Below are positions 50,726-64,000 of a stretch of 64,000 nucleotides of DNA, piece by piece. Made by a program: the position numbers and the translations under genes. The notes below the pieces were generated by a model that saw nothing but the letters and a program-made list of their open reading frames with translations, had not been told where the DNA came from and made no database searches. The DNA lies in NCBI GenBank assembly GCA_963796285.1, contig CAWCKW010000012.1, positions 832,001 through 896,000 on the forward strand. Direction: 5' to 3'. The stretch's first letter is position 1. Each line of letters opens with the position of its first letter. Source of the stretch: Nitrospirota bacterium. Lineage in GTDB: Bacteria > Nitrospirota > UBA9217.

Positions 50726-51592
50726 TCAAAGATGATTTACTAATTTTGTTATAACAGAAAATGTTGCATGATGCGCACTCACAGCTGCGTGCAAATCCGC
50801 CTGTTCTTCACCATATCGTATGCCCGGCGAACAAAACACCGATTTAATTTCGCTCCTAATATCCAATTTAGGGCCAATAGAATTTATCTGTTGCGCCAAT
50901 AAATTCAAATCATGTGTTTTCTTAAATACGCCATTATTTTTCTCTATCACTACTTTCAATATTTTTTCTGTGGCTTGCAGCGATGCCCATTTTGATAGCC
51001 CATATTCTGGAGTTGAAGCCATTATATGGTTAACCGCCGCTTCGATATCTGCCTTTGCCAACTCGATCATCTTTGTCCCTTTGCAATACTCTAGTCGAGA
51101 TAATGCCTTGAACGATAATTGGTAAATATTTAACATGTATTTTAATTCTTCGTCTGTTAGAGACTTTTTCAGTCCGTCTGGAAAATTAGGTATTAACTCA
51201 AGAAATTAGAGACATTGTACCTCAACTTTAGAAAGTTCTTTTGACGATTTGTCACGCGAAGCCGTAAACACATTGTTCCCATAAAACAATGGGAAATGAT
51301 AATACCAAGGGTCTCCTCGCAAAGAAAACGCAGCCTTGCCAAACCCAATCAACACCCAAACGGCTTCCGTATTGCGCATCAAACCACTTTATAATAAATT
51401 CGGTAATGGGCCAATTAACATAAACGCTGTGATATGTTCCGGGAATAGGCTCCGTTAATGGAAGAGCAATGTTACGTCTCTGGAAAATTCCATGGTAGCT
51501 GCTATTGGACGTGCGGAAATAGGTACCGATTTGTCCCTAAGCTGACGGTCAATTTCAACAAGTTCCTTGATTAATTCATCTTTGGAAATCAT
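50726..51592 (-). pseudogene. HEPN domain protein with uncharacterised N-terminal domain, interrupted
   Basis: Starts MISKDELIKELVEIDRQLRDKSVPISARP at 51592; two frameshifts and one in-frame stop; C-terminal AKADIEAA...SLQATEKILK...THDLNLL...IRY HEPN pattern. Confidence 0.65.
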
Positions 51593-51605
51593 ACTTTTAT
51601 TTCCC

Positions 51606-51707
51606 TTAACTGAAGACGGTTAAACTGGCGCACATCTTTGATCCTCTTACTCTGCCTAATACATCTGCGTATGCTACAAATCGCTTTTCGTATTTGTTAT
51701 TAGTCAT
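51606..51707 (-). pseudogene. 33-codon stub resembling the N-terminus of a nucleotidyl-cyclase-like protein
   Basis: GGAGA RBS, then MTNNKYEKRFVAYADVLG, then unrelated-looking sequence and a stop. Confidence 0.45.
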
Positions 51708-51760
51708 ATTCTCCAGCCGGTAAGTCATGAACACAAAACGAACTGCCTTTATCGTTTAGT

Positions 51761-54658
51761 TCAACTGCTACTAACTGATATTATTTTTATTTCCTCTTCC
51801 GTGAAGCCATACAACTCATAAACCAATTGATCGATCTGGTGATCGGCGGCATCGATTTGGCGCTGAAGGGCGGTCTTTTCTTGGTCGGTCTTGACTGCTG
51901 CGATACGTTTTTGCAAGTCAATGTGCTGATCAACAAGTTGAACTACCTTTTTGCCCTCGTCTGTTCCAATCGTCCGAGGGTATGGAAATTCGCGCAGATT
52001 TTTTATGACCACCTTAGGAAATACTTTTCTCACACTCTTTACAGCTTTCTGCTTATAAAATATCGACATCAAGCGACTGTTTAATAGGCATAGTAGCTTT
52101 TTCAAAGCTGCATCATCATTATCGCCATGAAGAACGTTCAAGATACTCTTATTATTCAAATAAGCGCCAGTAACAAACATTGCATTTAAGCAGTATGGAT
52201 AATCTGAAGTAATTTCGCGCAATAGCACTCGAGGTCTTTTGAATATATCAATTTCGCGTGGTTGCGATAGCCATGGCCCGTATTGCATCCACATACCTGA
52301 CCAATTCAATTCATAACGGCCAACATCTCTGCCCTGTAAATATTTGACGCTATTTTCATCAACTCGCTTTTCACAGTCGAAAACATGATTTTTGACATCA
52401 GCAGCCGACTGAGGTGGCGTCCCTTTTCCATCCTCATACGCCTGCAGGCCTGTTCTGACGTCAAAAACCTCGCCTATAGTCATTGAATTTCGTATAACCT
52501 TATCAACAATCGCTGAAACGTCAATATTGTTGGAAAATACAATGCGATGATTCGTCTCGTTCCATTTTCTTCGGTCAAATGATTCCGGCTTTGCTTCCAC
52601 TAATCTATCCTCAGAATTTACTCTTAAGGTCAACACCTTATTCTGAAGATCATGTCCTGTAACCGTAAAAATACAGGGTTCCATCGATACTCGATGAAAG
52701 ACCAAATAGTTTAGATCAGCTAAAAGCTCCAATCGCGGAACATACGCTTCACGCAACAGTTTAGCGCTTTCAATGGTCAGCCACGAGTTTGGAACAATAA
52801 AACCACCTTTGCCGTTTTTTCAAGCAGCCGAAGCAGCCGCTCCATGAAGAGCATGAACGTATTATGCTTTTCCCATGACAATTGATATCTGGTCGCGAAG
52901 TATTGGCGCTCTTCTTCTGATAACTGTTCGCGAGTAAAGATATAAGGCGGATTCCCAATCACTGCATCGAAGCCTCCCGCTTTCATGATTTCAGGAAATT
53001 CCTTTTCCCAATCGAAGACATTCACGCGATACCGCTCTTCATCGTCCAGCATCGTCTGCTGCTGGTAGAAATCGGAACCGATAAGCGAATTCCCGCATTT
53101 GATGTTATCACCAAGATCTGGTAGCGCGCGCTCATGGAACATGCGGAGTTGATTTGTGAGGGTCTGGTTGTTCTCGCCTTCGAGGACTTTCAGAAGCAGC
53201 GAAAGCTTGGTCACTTCCACCGCCTGGGAGTCGATGTCCACGCCGTAAATATTATTCAGCAGGATTCGCTTTCTTCTCGGCAGTGGTGAGATGCCAATTC
53301 GGGGTGCGGGGATCGGGCGATGGGCCTTGGTAAATTGCAGGCTGCTTTGTCTTTGCCCATTTTTCAGGTTCATTGTCGATGTACCATTTCAAATGCCAGT
53401 CAAGGAGATATTGGTACGCGCCAAGCAGGAATGATCCAGAGCCACAAGCGGGATCGAGGATCTTCAGTTTCTCGACCTCCTTCGGTTTCTTGTCCGCGAC
53501 CAGCTTCCCTACTGTATTCTTTACAATGTAATCAACGATGTACTTCGGCGTGTAGTAGACACCACCTGCTTTTCTGACCTCGGGCTTTTCCTCCACCTTT
53601 GCCTGATGTCCCGCTGTGAGGCGAATGACCTTGCCGAGGAATTGCTCGTACACCTGGCCCAAAATGTCGGCGGAGATGACGGAGAATTCATAAGGACTTT
53701 CGGGATAGTAGAGCCGATTGATGATGTCTTTAAGCGGCTTATCGTCGATTGAGATGTTTGGGGTGAGCTTGTCCGGCTCCTCGTGCCGGTCCTTTTCCCG
53801 CTGGAAATGAAACAAGCCGGAATTGTACCGGTCATCTGCCTGGCTGAAGAGTTGCACAAGCCGCTTGTAAACGTTGGTTCCGTTCAGTTGGGTCTGGAGC
53901 CTTCCGTATTCCTCGATGCCCCGGTCCTCGCAGATGCGCAGGAACACGATACGGTCGATGGTGCGCTGCACAGCAAAGTTCAGCTCGCGCTGGGAGAGAT
54001 CCGGGTTTCGGATTGCTATGTTGCGCGCGAGGAGGTCGCGCCAGTCTTCGATCTCGGTCAGGAATGCATCGTCTACCGTTGCCGTACCCTTCTTGAGCTT
54101 CGAGGACTCGGCATACTTGTCAAAGGAGCCTTTGAGCACGGCTTCTCGTGAAAATATGTTGACGAGTTCATCCCATTTAGCCGGATAGTCTTTATAGGTG
54201 AAGTACAACACTCTCCCGGTGGAGGCTTTATCTATCTGAACAGGTTTAATGCGGCAGTCGTAGACAGCGAATTCTTCGAAGTCGGTGAGAATGCTTAAAG
54301 GAAGTTTTGCTGACCAGGCATAACGCCTGAGTTGGAAGGCCGGACTGACATCGTCTTTGAGATTGACTGAGGGCTTTTTTGCTTCCACGAAGAACTTTTT
54401 GACGCTGCCGATTCGGAAGCAGTAATCCGGGGCCTTGGTTGCGCCACCGATCTTGAGCGCATCTTCGTGGATAACATCTTTGTACGCTTCGGCGTAACCC
54501 TGCTTGTTCTCGACATCCCAGCCCAGGACGCTGAAGAACGGATCGAGAAATTCCCGCCTGAGCTGTGTTTCATTATATGCCCCGGACATGTAGGATTCAC
54601 GGTTTCGCTCAAAGCGTTCGATCAAATCTGCGATTTCTTTCGGCAGCCCCATCAGCAC
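51761..54658 (-). CDS. Type IIG (Eco57I-like) fused restriction endonuclease / N6-adenine methyltransferase, two frameshifts
   Basis: PD..EAK nuclease (APDY...FVEAKKP), motif I ILDPACGSGSFL, motif IV VIGNPPY, C-terminal TRD ending IDQLVYELYG; frame changes near 53270 and 52815. Confidence 0.9.
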
Positions 54659-54694
54659 CCCACGTTAGAATCTGGTTAAAAAGTATTCCGATTT

Positions 54695-55042
54695 TTACAA
54701 CTCAGTATATTTCTTGGCCGAGCCCTTTGCCTTGTGAACCGGATACTTCGTTTCGTTCTTCGCAATCTTCTTCTCCACTTCCGTCAACAAGTCGATCTTA
54801 TATTCCTCGCTGAGATAGGTGAGGAATATAAAGATATCGGCCAGTTCTTCTTTTACGTTCTTAAGTTCTTCGGTGGAAAGATTGCGGGACTGCTCGGTCG
54901 TCTTCCAGAGGAAGTTTTCAAGCAGCTCCCCCGCTTCAATGGAGAGGGCTTCGGCGAGGTTCTTGGGATCGTGGAATTGCGCCCAGTCACGCTCGTTCCG
55001 GAATGAAAGGATCTTTTTCTGGATGGATTCTAAATCAGCCAT
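54695..55042 (-). CDS. MazG-like nucleotide pyrophosphohydrolase (dCTPase-like)
   Basis: FRNERDWAQFHDPKNLAEALSIEAGELLE, EELAD, KNETKYPV.KAKG. Confidence 0.9.
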   Translation of the reverse strand: MADLESIQKKILSFRNERDWAQFHDPKNLAEALSIEAGELLENFLWKTTEQSRNLSTEELKNVKEELADIFIFLTYLSEEYKIDLLTEVEKKIAKNETKYPVHKAKGSAKKYTEL

Positions 55043-55159
55043 GCCACTCCTGAACCTCATCACAACTGTTTGAAAACCTTACTACAAGTTGCCGTAAATG
55101 TCCAGAAAAGAGATGGGTGATTTTGGGGGATGGATTTTACTTCAAATCCGAGTAGTTTA

Positions 55160-55621
55160 TCAGATTTTTTGTTCGATCTTGATAATGAGCGCAGTTTCAT
55201 CGCAGTCGGGGAATTTGACGCAGTTCAGGCAATCAGTCCATATCTTATGAGGAAGTTCCTTTTTGTCCACCTCGGCAAAGCCGAGCTTTCTAAAAAATCC
55301 GGCCTGGTAGGTCAGCACAAACACGCGCTCAACCTGCAGCTCAGCGGCCTCTGCCAGGCACTGCCGCACCAGCTCGGCACCGATACCGTGCCTGACCCGG
55401 TCCCGATGCACGGCCAGCGAGCGTATCTCGGCAAGTCCATCCCAGCTTACATGGAGCGCGCATACGCCAACAAGCGAATTTTTGTCCTCGTACACGTGGA
55501 AATCGCGGAGGTGCTCATAAATTTCGTTCAAGGTGCGGGGCAGCATCTGTCCCGCATCGGCATACTGGTTCACGAGCGATTGGATCGCCTTGACGTCGGT
55601 TAACTTTGCCTTGCGTATCAT
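55160..55621 (-). CDS. GNAT acetyltransferase, short ArgA-like N-acetylglutamate synthase
   Basis: MLPR...IYE.LRDF, LAEIRSLAV, VFVLTY, LPHKIWTDCLNC.KFPDCDE. Confidence 0.85.
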   Translation of the reverse strand: MIRKAKLTDVKAIQSLVNQYADAGQMLPRTLNEIYEHLRDFHVYEDKNSLVGVCALHVSWDGLAEIRSLAVHRDRVRHGIGAELVRQCLAEAAELQVERVFVLTYQAGFFRKLGFAEVDKKELPHKIWTDCLNCVKFPDCDETALIIKIEQKI

Positions 55622-55824
55622 GAGGAAAAACTACTATGTTACTCGGATAAAGTCAAACAAATAAATAGAACCGCGCGAACGCTAATGGCGGCTAGACGCA
55701 AAGGACATACTTCATTCTCATGCCCTGCGGCCTCCCGCATGCGGAGCAACTCATTTTTATTTTAGCAAGTGAATTTCTCTCATGCGTTCTCAAAAAAATT
55801 GCACTCCAAAGAGCAAAAGGACTA

Positions 55825-55854
55825 TTGACTTTAACCTGATGATTGGAGTATATT
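55825..55854 (+). promoter_or_regulatory. Candidate promoter for clpC
   Basis: TTGACT-N18-TATATT, about 50 bp upstream of the ATG. Confidence 0.45.
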
Positions 55855-55906
55855 TTAATTCAGGTAAGCGAAAATTCATTGAAGCAGTGAAGGCGGTTAC
55901 CATACT

Positions 55907-58348
<2,442 letters not shown>

Positions 58349-58361
58349 CCTGTCTCTCTCA

Positions 58362-58395
58362 TCTTCAGGAAAGAGTCAAACCTCTTTCCTGAAGA
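58362..58395. terminator. 14-bp perfect hairpin just after clpC, between convergent genes
   Basis: TCTTCAGGAAAGAG-TCAAAC-CTCTTTCCTGAAGA; no strong U-tract. Confidence 0.6.
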
Positions 58396-58546
58396 AATCA
58401 TTCTTCAACTCCCCTACCAACTCTTAATATTTTCTTTTCCCGGCAATACAGCGGGAGCCATCGTATCGGCCTTGCTCATGAAAGCAATCACGGGTTCACG
58501 TCACTACCCGCATGACACTACCACGGGAATTGAACGCATCTGCTCA

Positions 58547-59788
58547 CTATCCGCTTACTTTTTTTACGAACCGATTGACGGCTGATATCACCTGAAGCGG
58601 CGATTTCCGTGCATTGTCCAGCAGGAATATATGCTTTTGGGAACCCCGGGAAAGACAGGACCTTCCCTCACCTGATCGAATGGGCTTAAATGTAATACCC
58701 GCCGGCAGCGCAATTTCTCCGTCTGTTGTTCTCTGTTCGTCTTTATAAACCAGATAATCGTTTAAAAACGGGATAAGCCTGTTCCCCTGGTCTATAATGG
58801 CCTGCATATCGACGGCGCTGTTTTGTTCCGACCTGTATGACATACTCAGCACTCTCATCCCCTGCGGAGCGCATGCCACGTCATCTTTGGCACTGAACGA
58901 GAGCGTAATAAAATCTCGAGGCCTCGTATAGTCCGGAAGGAAAAGCACTTCCGGGCACATACCAACCGGTATGACGGTATCTCGGATTCCCAGGTAGATC
59001 GTTGACGACTCATATTGCGGCGCCACGTTCAGGAGTATCGTGTCGGCCTCGATGACCCCCTGTTTAGTTGTAATACCGCTAATACGGTTGCCGCTCGACG
59101 CGAACTCACCAACCGTCTGGTTATATGCTATTTCACCACCCTGATGAAGGATCGAGCTGGACAACTGATCCGCGAATTTTTTGAAGCCGCCTTCGAGGTA
59201 GAGAGGCGGCGTATCGCATAAAGCGATAAGGTTCACCAGGGAAAGATCTGCAATCTGTCTCTGAAAGAAATAAAGCGACTGGATGTCGAAAAACGCCATC
59301 AATTCCGTGCTGAAGCGGTATCTCCCGATAAACCGGGCGGCAGACCGGTGCCTTGTCAAGAATGCCGAAAGACGATTTGTTGCCGCCTTCTCCGCCAGTC
59401 TATGCAGATCCCGGTAAAACTTCATCAACATACTTGATTCCCGGGGGAATTCTCTTCTGAGTTCTTCCAGAGTTTCACCCTGATCGGCATAGATCGTGAT
59501 CCTGTGGTCAGGCAGCGCCACTTGATAACAGGGAGATTGCACGGACACACTATGAACTATCCCGAGGGAAGAAGACAGCTCGTAAAATGCTCCTCCTCGT
59601 TCAAAACCGTATGATAACGTCGGTGCAGCACAGGAGGCATATCCATCCTTTTCATATACACCCACAGCCCTCTCACCTGATCCGCTGCGTTCAAGGACAA
59701 TAACTTTTTTCTTCCTGCTGGACAACAGTGCTGCAGCGGCAAGTCCGCCGAGCCCTGCGCCGACTATCGCAACGTCGTATTTCGGCAT
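58547..59788 (-). CDS. FAD-dependent oxidoreductase (phytoene desaturase-like family)
   Basis: DVAIVGAGLGGLAAAA..VLER Rossmann motif, YLEGG...L...I...GGEI. Confidence 0.72.
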   Translation of the reverse strand: MPKYDVAIVGAGLGGLAAAALLSSRKKKVIVLERSGSGERAVGVYEKDGYASCAAPTLSYGFERGGAFYELSSSLGIVHSVSVQSPCYQVALPDHRITIYADQGETLEELRREFPRESSMLMKFYRDLHRLAEKAATNRLSAFLTRHRSAARFIGRYRFSTELMAFFDIQSLYFFQRQIADLSLVNLIALCDTPPLYLEGGFKKFADQLSSSILHQGGEIAYNQTVGEFASSGNRISGITTKQGVIEADTILLNVAPQYESSTIYLGIRDTVIPVGMCPEVLFLPDYTRPRDFITLSFSAKDDVACAPQGMRVLSMSYRSEQNSAVDMQAIIDQGNRLIPFLNDYLVYKDEQRTTDGEIALPAGITFKPIRSGEGRSCLSRGSQKHIFLLDNARKSPLQVISAVNRFVKKVSG

Positions 59789-59944
59789 GGGTACTCCTTT
59801 GAATAGTTCAGCCCGATAAGACGCCAGGACACAAGAAAAGACTTGACCTGATTCGATCCGGCTGTGAACTTGTTTCGGTCTTCTCTGTGCGTTAGTGTCA
59901 TCTGGGCAGATTCTGTTCGAGCCTGGCCGGGTGATATGTTAAAC

Positions 59945-59986
59945 AAAAAAGGAAATAGGGAATCTCATCGAGTCTCCTATTTCCTC
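59945..59986 (-). terminator. Intrinsic terminator after pnp
   Basis: Minus strand AGGAAATAGG...CCTATTTCCT followed by a T-run. Confidence 0.7.
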
Positions 59987-60027
59987 TTGTTCATTTTCTG
60001 CATTGCCGGTGACAATGATGGGGAAGG

Positions 60028-62122
60028 TTATTTTGTGGTTCCTCTTTCACGCATGGCTTCTTTGCGAGAGAGGCGAATTTTCCCCTGCCGGTCGATTTCA
60101 AGCACCTTCACGAGGACCTCGTCGCCTTCCTTGAGCGCGTCCGTTACCTTTTCGAGCCGCTGATCGGAGATCTGCGAAATATGGAGCAGTCCGTCGGTAC
60201 CGGGGAAGATTTCAACAAAGGCGCCGAAATCCATGATCTTTCTGACCTTGCCCATATAGATCTTGCCGACCTCTGCGTCCTGGCAGATGCCCCGGATGAT
60301 CTCTTTTGCCTTGAGGGCGGCAGCTTCGTCGGACGATGCGATGTTGATCGTACCGTCGTCCTCAATATCGATCTTGGCCCCGGTCTGTTCCACGATGCTG
60401 CGAATGACCTTGCCTCCGCTGCCGATGACGTCCTTGATCTTTTCCGTGTTGATCTTCATGGTGATGATGCGCGGCGCGAAGGTGCTCAGGTTCTTCCTTG
60501 GCGATGCAAGCGTCTCAAGCATCTTGCCGAGGATATGCAGCCGCCCGTCCTTCGCCTGTTGAAGCGCCGTGCGCATGACGTCGATCGTAATGCCCTCGAT
60601 CTTCATGTCCATCTGCAGGGCGGTGATCCCCTTGCTTGTTCCGGTGACCTTGAAATCCATGTCTCCGAGGTGGTCCTCGAGCCCAAGGATATCAGAAAGC
60701 ACGATGACCTTGCTGCCTTCCTTGATGAGGCCCATGGCAATGCCCGCAACAGGGGCCTTGATCGGCACACCGGCGTCCATGAGAGACAGCGTCCCGCCGC
60801 AGACCGTGGCCATGGACGAAGAGCCGTTGGATTCAAGGATGTCGGATACGATCCTGATGGTGTAGGGGAACTCCTGCTTGGTCGGCACCATTGCCTTGAG
60901 CGCGCGTTCAGCGAGCGCCCCGTGACCTACTTCACGCCTGCCGGGTCCCCGCAGGGGCTTGGTCTCACCAACACTGAAAGGCGGAAAATTGTAATGGAGC
61001 ATGAACGTCTTGAAGTACTCGCCCTCAAGGGAGTCAATGCGCTGCTCGTCTACTGATGTCCCGAGAGTCGTAATGACCAGCGCCTGGGTCTCTCCGCGGG
61101 TAAAGAGCGCTGAGCCGTGCGTCCGCGGGAGGAAACCGACCACCGAGCTGATCGGCCGGATCTGATCAGGCCTTCGTCCGTCAGCGCGAATGTTCTTTTC
61201 AAGGATGATCTTCCGGACTTCGTCCTTTTCCAAACCGAAGAATATCGTTGCGATCTGGAGGTTCCTGGTGGGGTCTTCGTTTTTGAGCTTCTGCTTGATC
61301 TCATCGAGCAGCGCATCGAGGGTCTTCTGCCGTTCCATCTTGTCCGGGATGACGATGGCGATCAGCAAACGGTCCATGGCCAGTGCAGCCACCTGCCCGG
61401 CAAGTTCCTTGTCGATCTCAACGGTCTTCACGGACCGTTTCGACTTACCTACCTTTGCGACCAGTTCGTTCACCAGCGCAACGATCTTCTTGATCTCGCG
61501 ATGGGCGGTCTCGAGGGCTTCGAGCATCTGGTCCTCGGTCAACTCGCTTCGCACCGCCTTCGACCATCATGATGGCGTCGGCAGTGCCTGCTACGACCAG
61601 GTTGAGTTGCGTGGTCTCGATCTCCTTCTGGCCGGGATTGATGATGTACTTGCCGTCGACAAGCCCGATCCGGACTGCGCCGATGGGGCCGTTGAACGGG
61701 ATGTCCGATATTGCAAGAGCCGCCGACGATGCGATCATCCCCATCAGGTCCATGGAACTCTCGTCGCCGATCGAGAGCACCGACGCGATGACCTGCGTGT
61801 CGTAATAGTACCCTTCAGGAAACAGCGGCCTGATAGGCCGGTCAATGAGCCTCGACGTCAGGATCTCTTTTTCGGTTTGCCGTCCCTCCCGCTTGAAAAA
61901 TCCGCCCGGGATCCTTCCGGCAGCATAGGCTTTTTCCTGATAGTCCACCGTCAATGGGAGAAAATCAACATTAGCACGTTCTACCTTGGAAGAAACCGCC
62001 GTTGACAGGACTACCGTATCACCGTACCTGACAACAACAGCGCCGTCTGCCTGTTTGGCCATCAATCCCGTTTCCAGGATCAGTCGTTTTCCGCCTATTT
62101 CTGTTTCTACTGTTGTTACCAT
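60028..62122 (-). CDS. pnp: Polyribonucleotide nucleotidyltransferase, +1 frameshift near 61550
   Basis: [55 protein letters not shown] and S1 domains; one extra base at VEGGA/SELTED. Confidence 0.95.
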
Positions 62123-62154
62123 GGAACCTCACTTTTCCCATTACGTTCGTAATA

Positions 62155-62418
62155 CTACTTTCTTATGCCGAGCTGCTCAATAACCTTGCGGTATCGGTCA
62201 AGATCGTTCGTCTTCAGGTAATTCAAATGCCGACGCCTCTGGCCGACCATTTTCAGGAGACCTCTCCGTGAATGTTGATCGTGCTTGTGCGCCTGCAAAT
62301 GCTCCGTCAGATGGCTGATCCTTCCGCTCAGAATTGCTATCTGCACTTCCGGAGAACCTGTATCTGATGGATGCCTGCGGTACGTATTGATCAGACCTGT
62401 TTTCTGTTCCTTATCCAT
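62155..62418 (-). CDS. rpsO: 30S ribosomal protein S15
   Basis: [36 protein letters not shown]. Confidence 0.97.
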   Translation of the reverse strand: MDKEQKTGLINTYRRHPSDTGSPEVQIAILSGRISHLTEHLQAHKHDQHSRRGLLKMVGQRRRHLNYLKTNDLDRYRKVIEQLGIRK

Positions 62419-62469
62419 TCAACCGTCCCTCCTTTCTTCAAGATGTTTACCTTGTTTCTGAAGCGTGCT

Positions 62470-62498
62470 AAAATATCATATTTACAGCCAGTTGTAAA
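62470..62498 (-). promoter_or_regulatory. Candidate rpsO-pnp promoter
   Basis: TTTACA-N17-TATTTT with TG extended -10. Confidence 0.5.
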
Positions 62499-62517
62499 GC
62501 ATTTTATTCGTTCCTTG

Positions 62518-63400
62518 TTACGAAAAAACCAGATCCGGTTTGAGGACCCCGGCAACGATGCGGGCAAGTCCCAAGAGTCTTCCCGCCGGGCTATGAAGCC
62601 TGACCCGTTCACTCGTTGAGTTCGCAATGGACAGCGGACAGGATATCGCATTGCCGTGCATCACCTTGACTGTCTCTGTCTCACTGATCGGGACCGAGGG
62701 GAACGCTGCAAGCGCATCGTCAATCGTCGTGAAAGCCTGTTCTACTGTGCCTTCCGCCATCATTTTTTGAAGCTGTTCCAGGGTCACTGCTCGATCGATG
62801 CTGAAACATCCTGAGCGCGTTCTTTCGAGACCGGCCAGATGCGCTCCCATGCCCAATGCATCCCCTATTTCGGCGCACAACGTGCGGATGTATACTCCTT
62901 TTGAGCACCGCACCAGAAGACTCACCAGGGGGTCCTCGAACGCCGTCAACTCGATACTGAATATCGTTACCGGACGCGGTTTGAGCAATTCCGCCCTGCC
63001 TTCCCGTGCCAGCTTGTATGACGGGACCCCTGCCACCTTTACAGCAGAGTATGCGGGCGGCCGCTGCATGATCGAACCGGTGAATCCCTTCATGACTTCA
63101 ATGATCCGCTGCTTTTCCGGCGGTGTATAGGACTTCGTTGCCACAACCTGTCCCTCGGCATCAAGCGTATCGGTGCTCACGCCGAGCCGCATGACTGCCT
63201 TGTATTCCTTTTCCCCTGCTTCAAGGATACTGGGCTATCCTTGTCGCCTTTCCAGCGCAGAGAACGAGGACGCCGGTCGCGAGCGGGTCAAGGGTTCCCG
63301 TATGGCCGATCCGCTTTTCATGGAGGATCCTGCGAACGCGCTCGACGACATCGTGCGACGTCATTCCCGATGGTTTGTTGATATTAAGAACGCCGTCCAT
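62518..63400 (-). CDS. truB: tRNA pseudouridine(55) synthase, frameshift near 63225
   Basis: [47 protein letters not shown]. Confidence 0.93.
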
Positions 63401-64000
63401 CCGGGATCGTGCCCCCGTTTCCAAGCTGCGCCGCGATAGCCTTCTCGACTTCGCCGAGCACCCGCTTTTTTACTTCCTCGATAGTCCCGTCGAGCATGCT
63501 GCCGGCAGCGTTCTTGTGTCCGCCGCCGCCAAAAGACTGGGCCAGTCCCGAGAGATCAACCCTTCCCTTTGAGCGCATGCTGATCTTATACTGTGCACTG
63601 CCTGTTTGTCTGAACAGGATCGCCACCTCGACACCTTTGGCAGACCGCACGAAATTTACGAAGTTATCAGTGTCCTCGGCCGTGGTCCCGGTTTGGCGAT
63701 ATAACGTCATCGGTCACCACGATCCATGCGGTCCTTCCATCCCCGTTCCGTTCCATGTTCGCCATAACAGTACCAAGGAGTTTCAATCGCGGGAACGAAA
63801 ATGATTCATATACGTTTTCCGTGACGAGCCAGGGATCGGCGCCGGATTCGATCAGCGTTGCCGCTATTCTCATGCATTCCGGCGTTGTATTTGAATACCG
63901 GAAGGACCCCGTGTCCGTAAATATCGCGGCATAGAGACAAAGGGCGATCTCCTGATCGATCTCGACACCGAGCTCTTTGATAAGCTTAAAGACCATCTCG
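63384..64000 (-). CDS. DHH/DHHA1 phosphoesterase (NrnA-like), 5' part outside the window, frameshift near 63705
   Basis: [32 protein letters not shown]; usual position upstream of truB. Confidence 0.88.

Noticed and set aside
51654-51705. attC-like GCCTAAT...ATTAGTC inverted ends
   Set aside because: Lacks the AAC/GTT core, there is no integrase or second site, and it is better explained as a coding stub
55760-55845. CIRCE- or CtsR-like boxes upstream of clpC
   Set aside because: Only half-site matches
61540-61560. Programmed frameshift in pnp
   Set aside because: No slippery heptamer, and neighbouring genes show similar random indels
60181-62005. 291-aa and 271-aa plus-strand ORFs
   Set aside because: Antisense shadows of pnp

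Overview
Bacterial (diderm) chromosomal window. The gene set (lpxI, gnnAB-like pair, ClpC-type ATPase, DUF374) suggests a Nitrospirota- or deltaproteobacteria-like lineage, but this is inference. 1-19.1 kb (minus strand, visibly AT-richer) is an ABC-transporter-dependent surface polysaccharide locus: two gmd, fcl, wzm, wzt, a run of six methyltransferase genes (three broken), several glycosyltransferases and an MBOAT plus SGNH-like acylation pair. 20.4-23.1 kb (plus strand) is wbaP-galE. 23.2-46.6 kb (minus strand) is a large LPS/outer-membrane cluster: hemW, bamA, skp, lpxD, fabZ, lpxA, lpxI, gnnA/gnnB-like, lpxB, msbA, DUF374, waaA, lpxK, gmhB, waaF, GTs, a deacetylase and waaL. 46.7-55.1 kb is an accessory and defence patch. 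It holds a GTAG REP pair, a decayed RAYT/Y1 transposase, small enzymes, and a co-oriented run of MazG-like gene, type IIG restriction-modification gene, cyclase-like stub, HEPN gene and hsdM stub. That run is my best candidate for an undescribed system, although it is partly decayed. 55.2-64 kb is housekeeping (argA-like GNAT, clpC, FAD oxidoreductase, pnp, rpsO, truB, DHH phosphoesterase). Single-base frameshifts in pnp, truB and the DHH gene suggest assembly indel errors, so frameshift-only pseudogene calls are provisional. I saw no rRNA, tRNA or CRISPR array.
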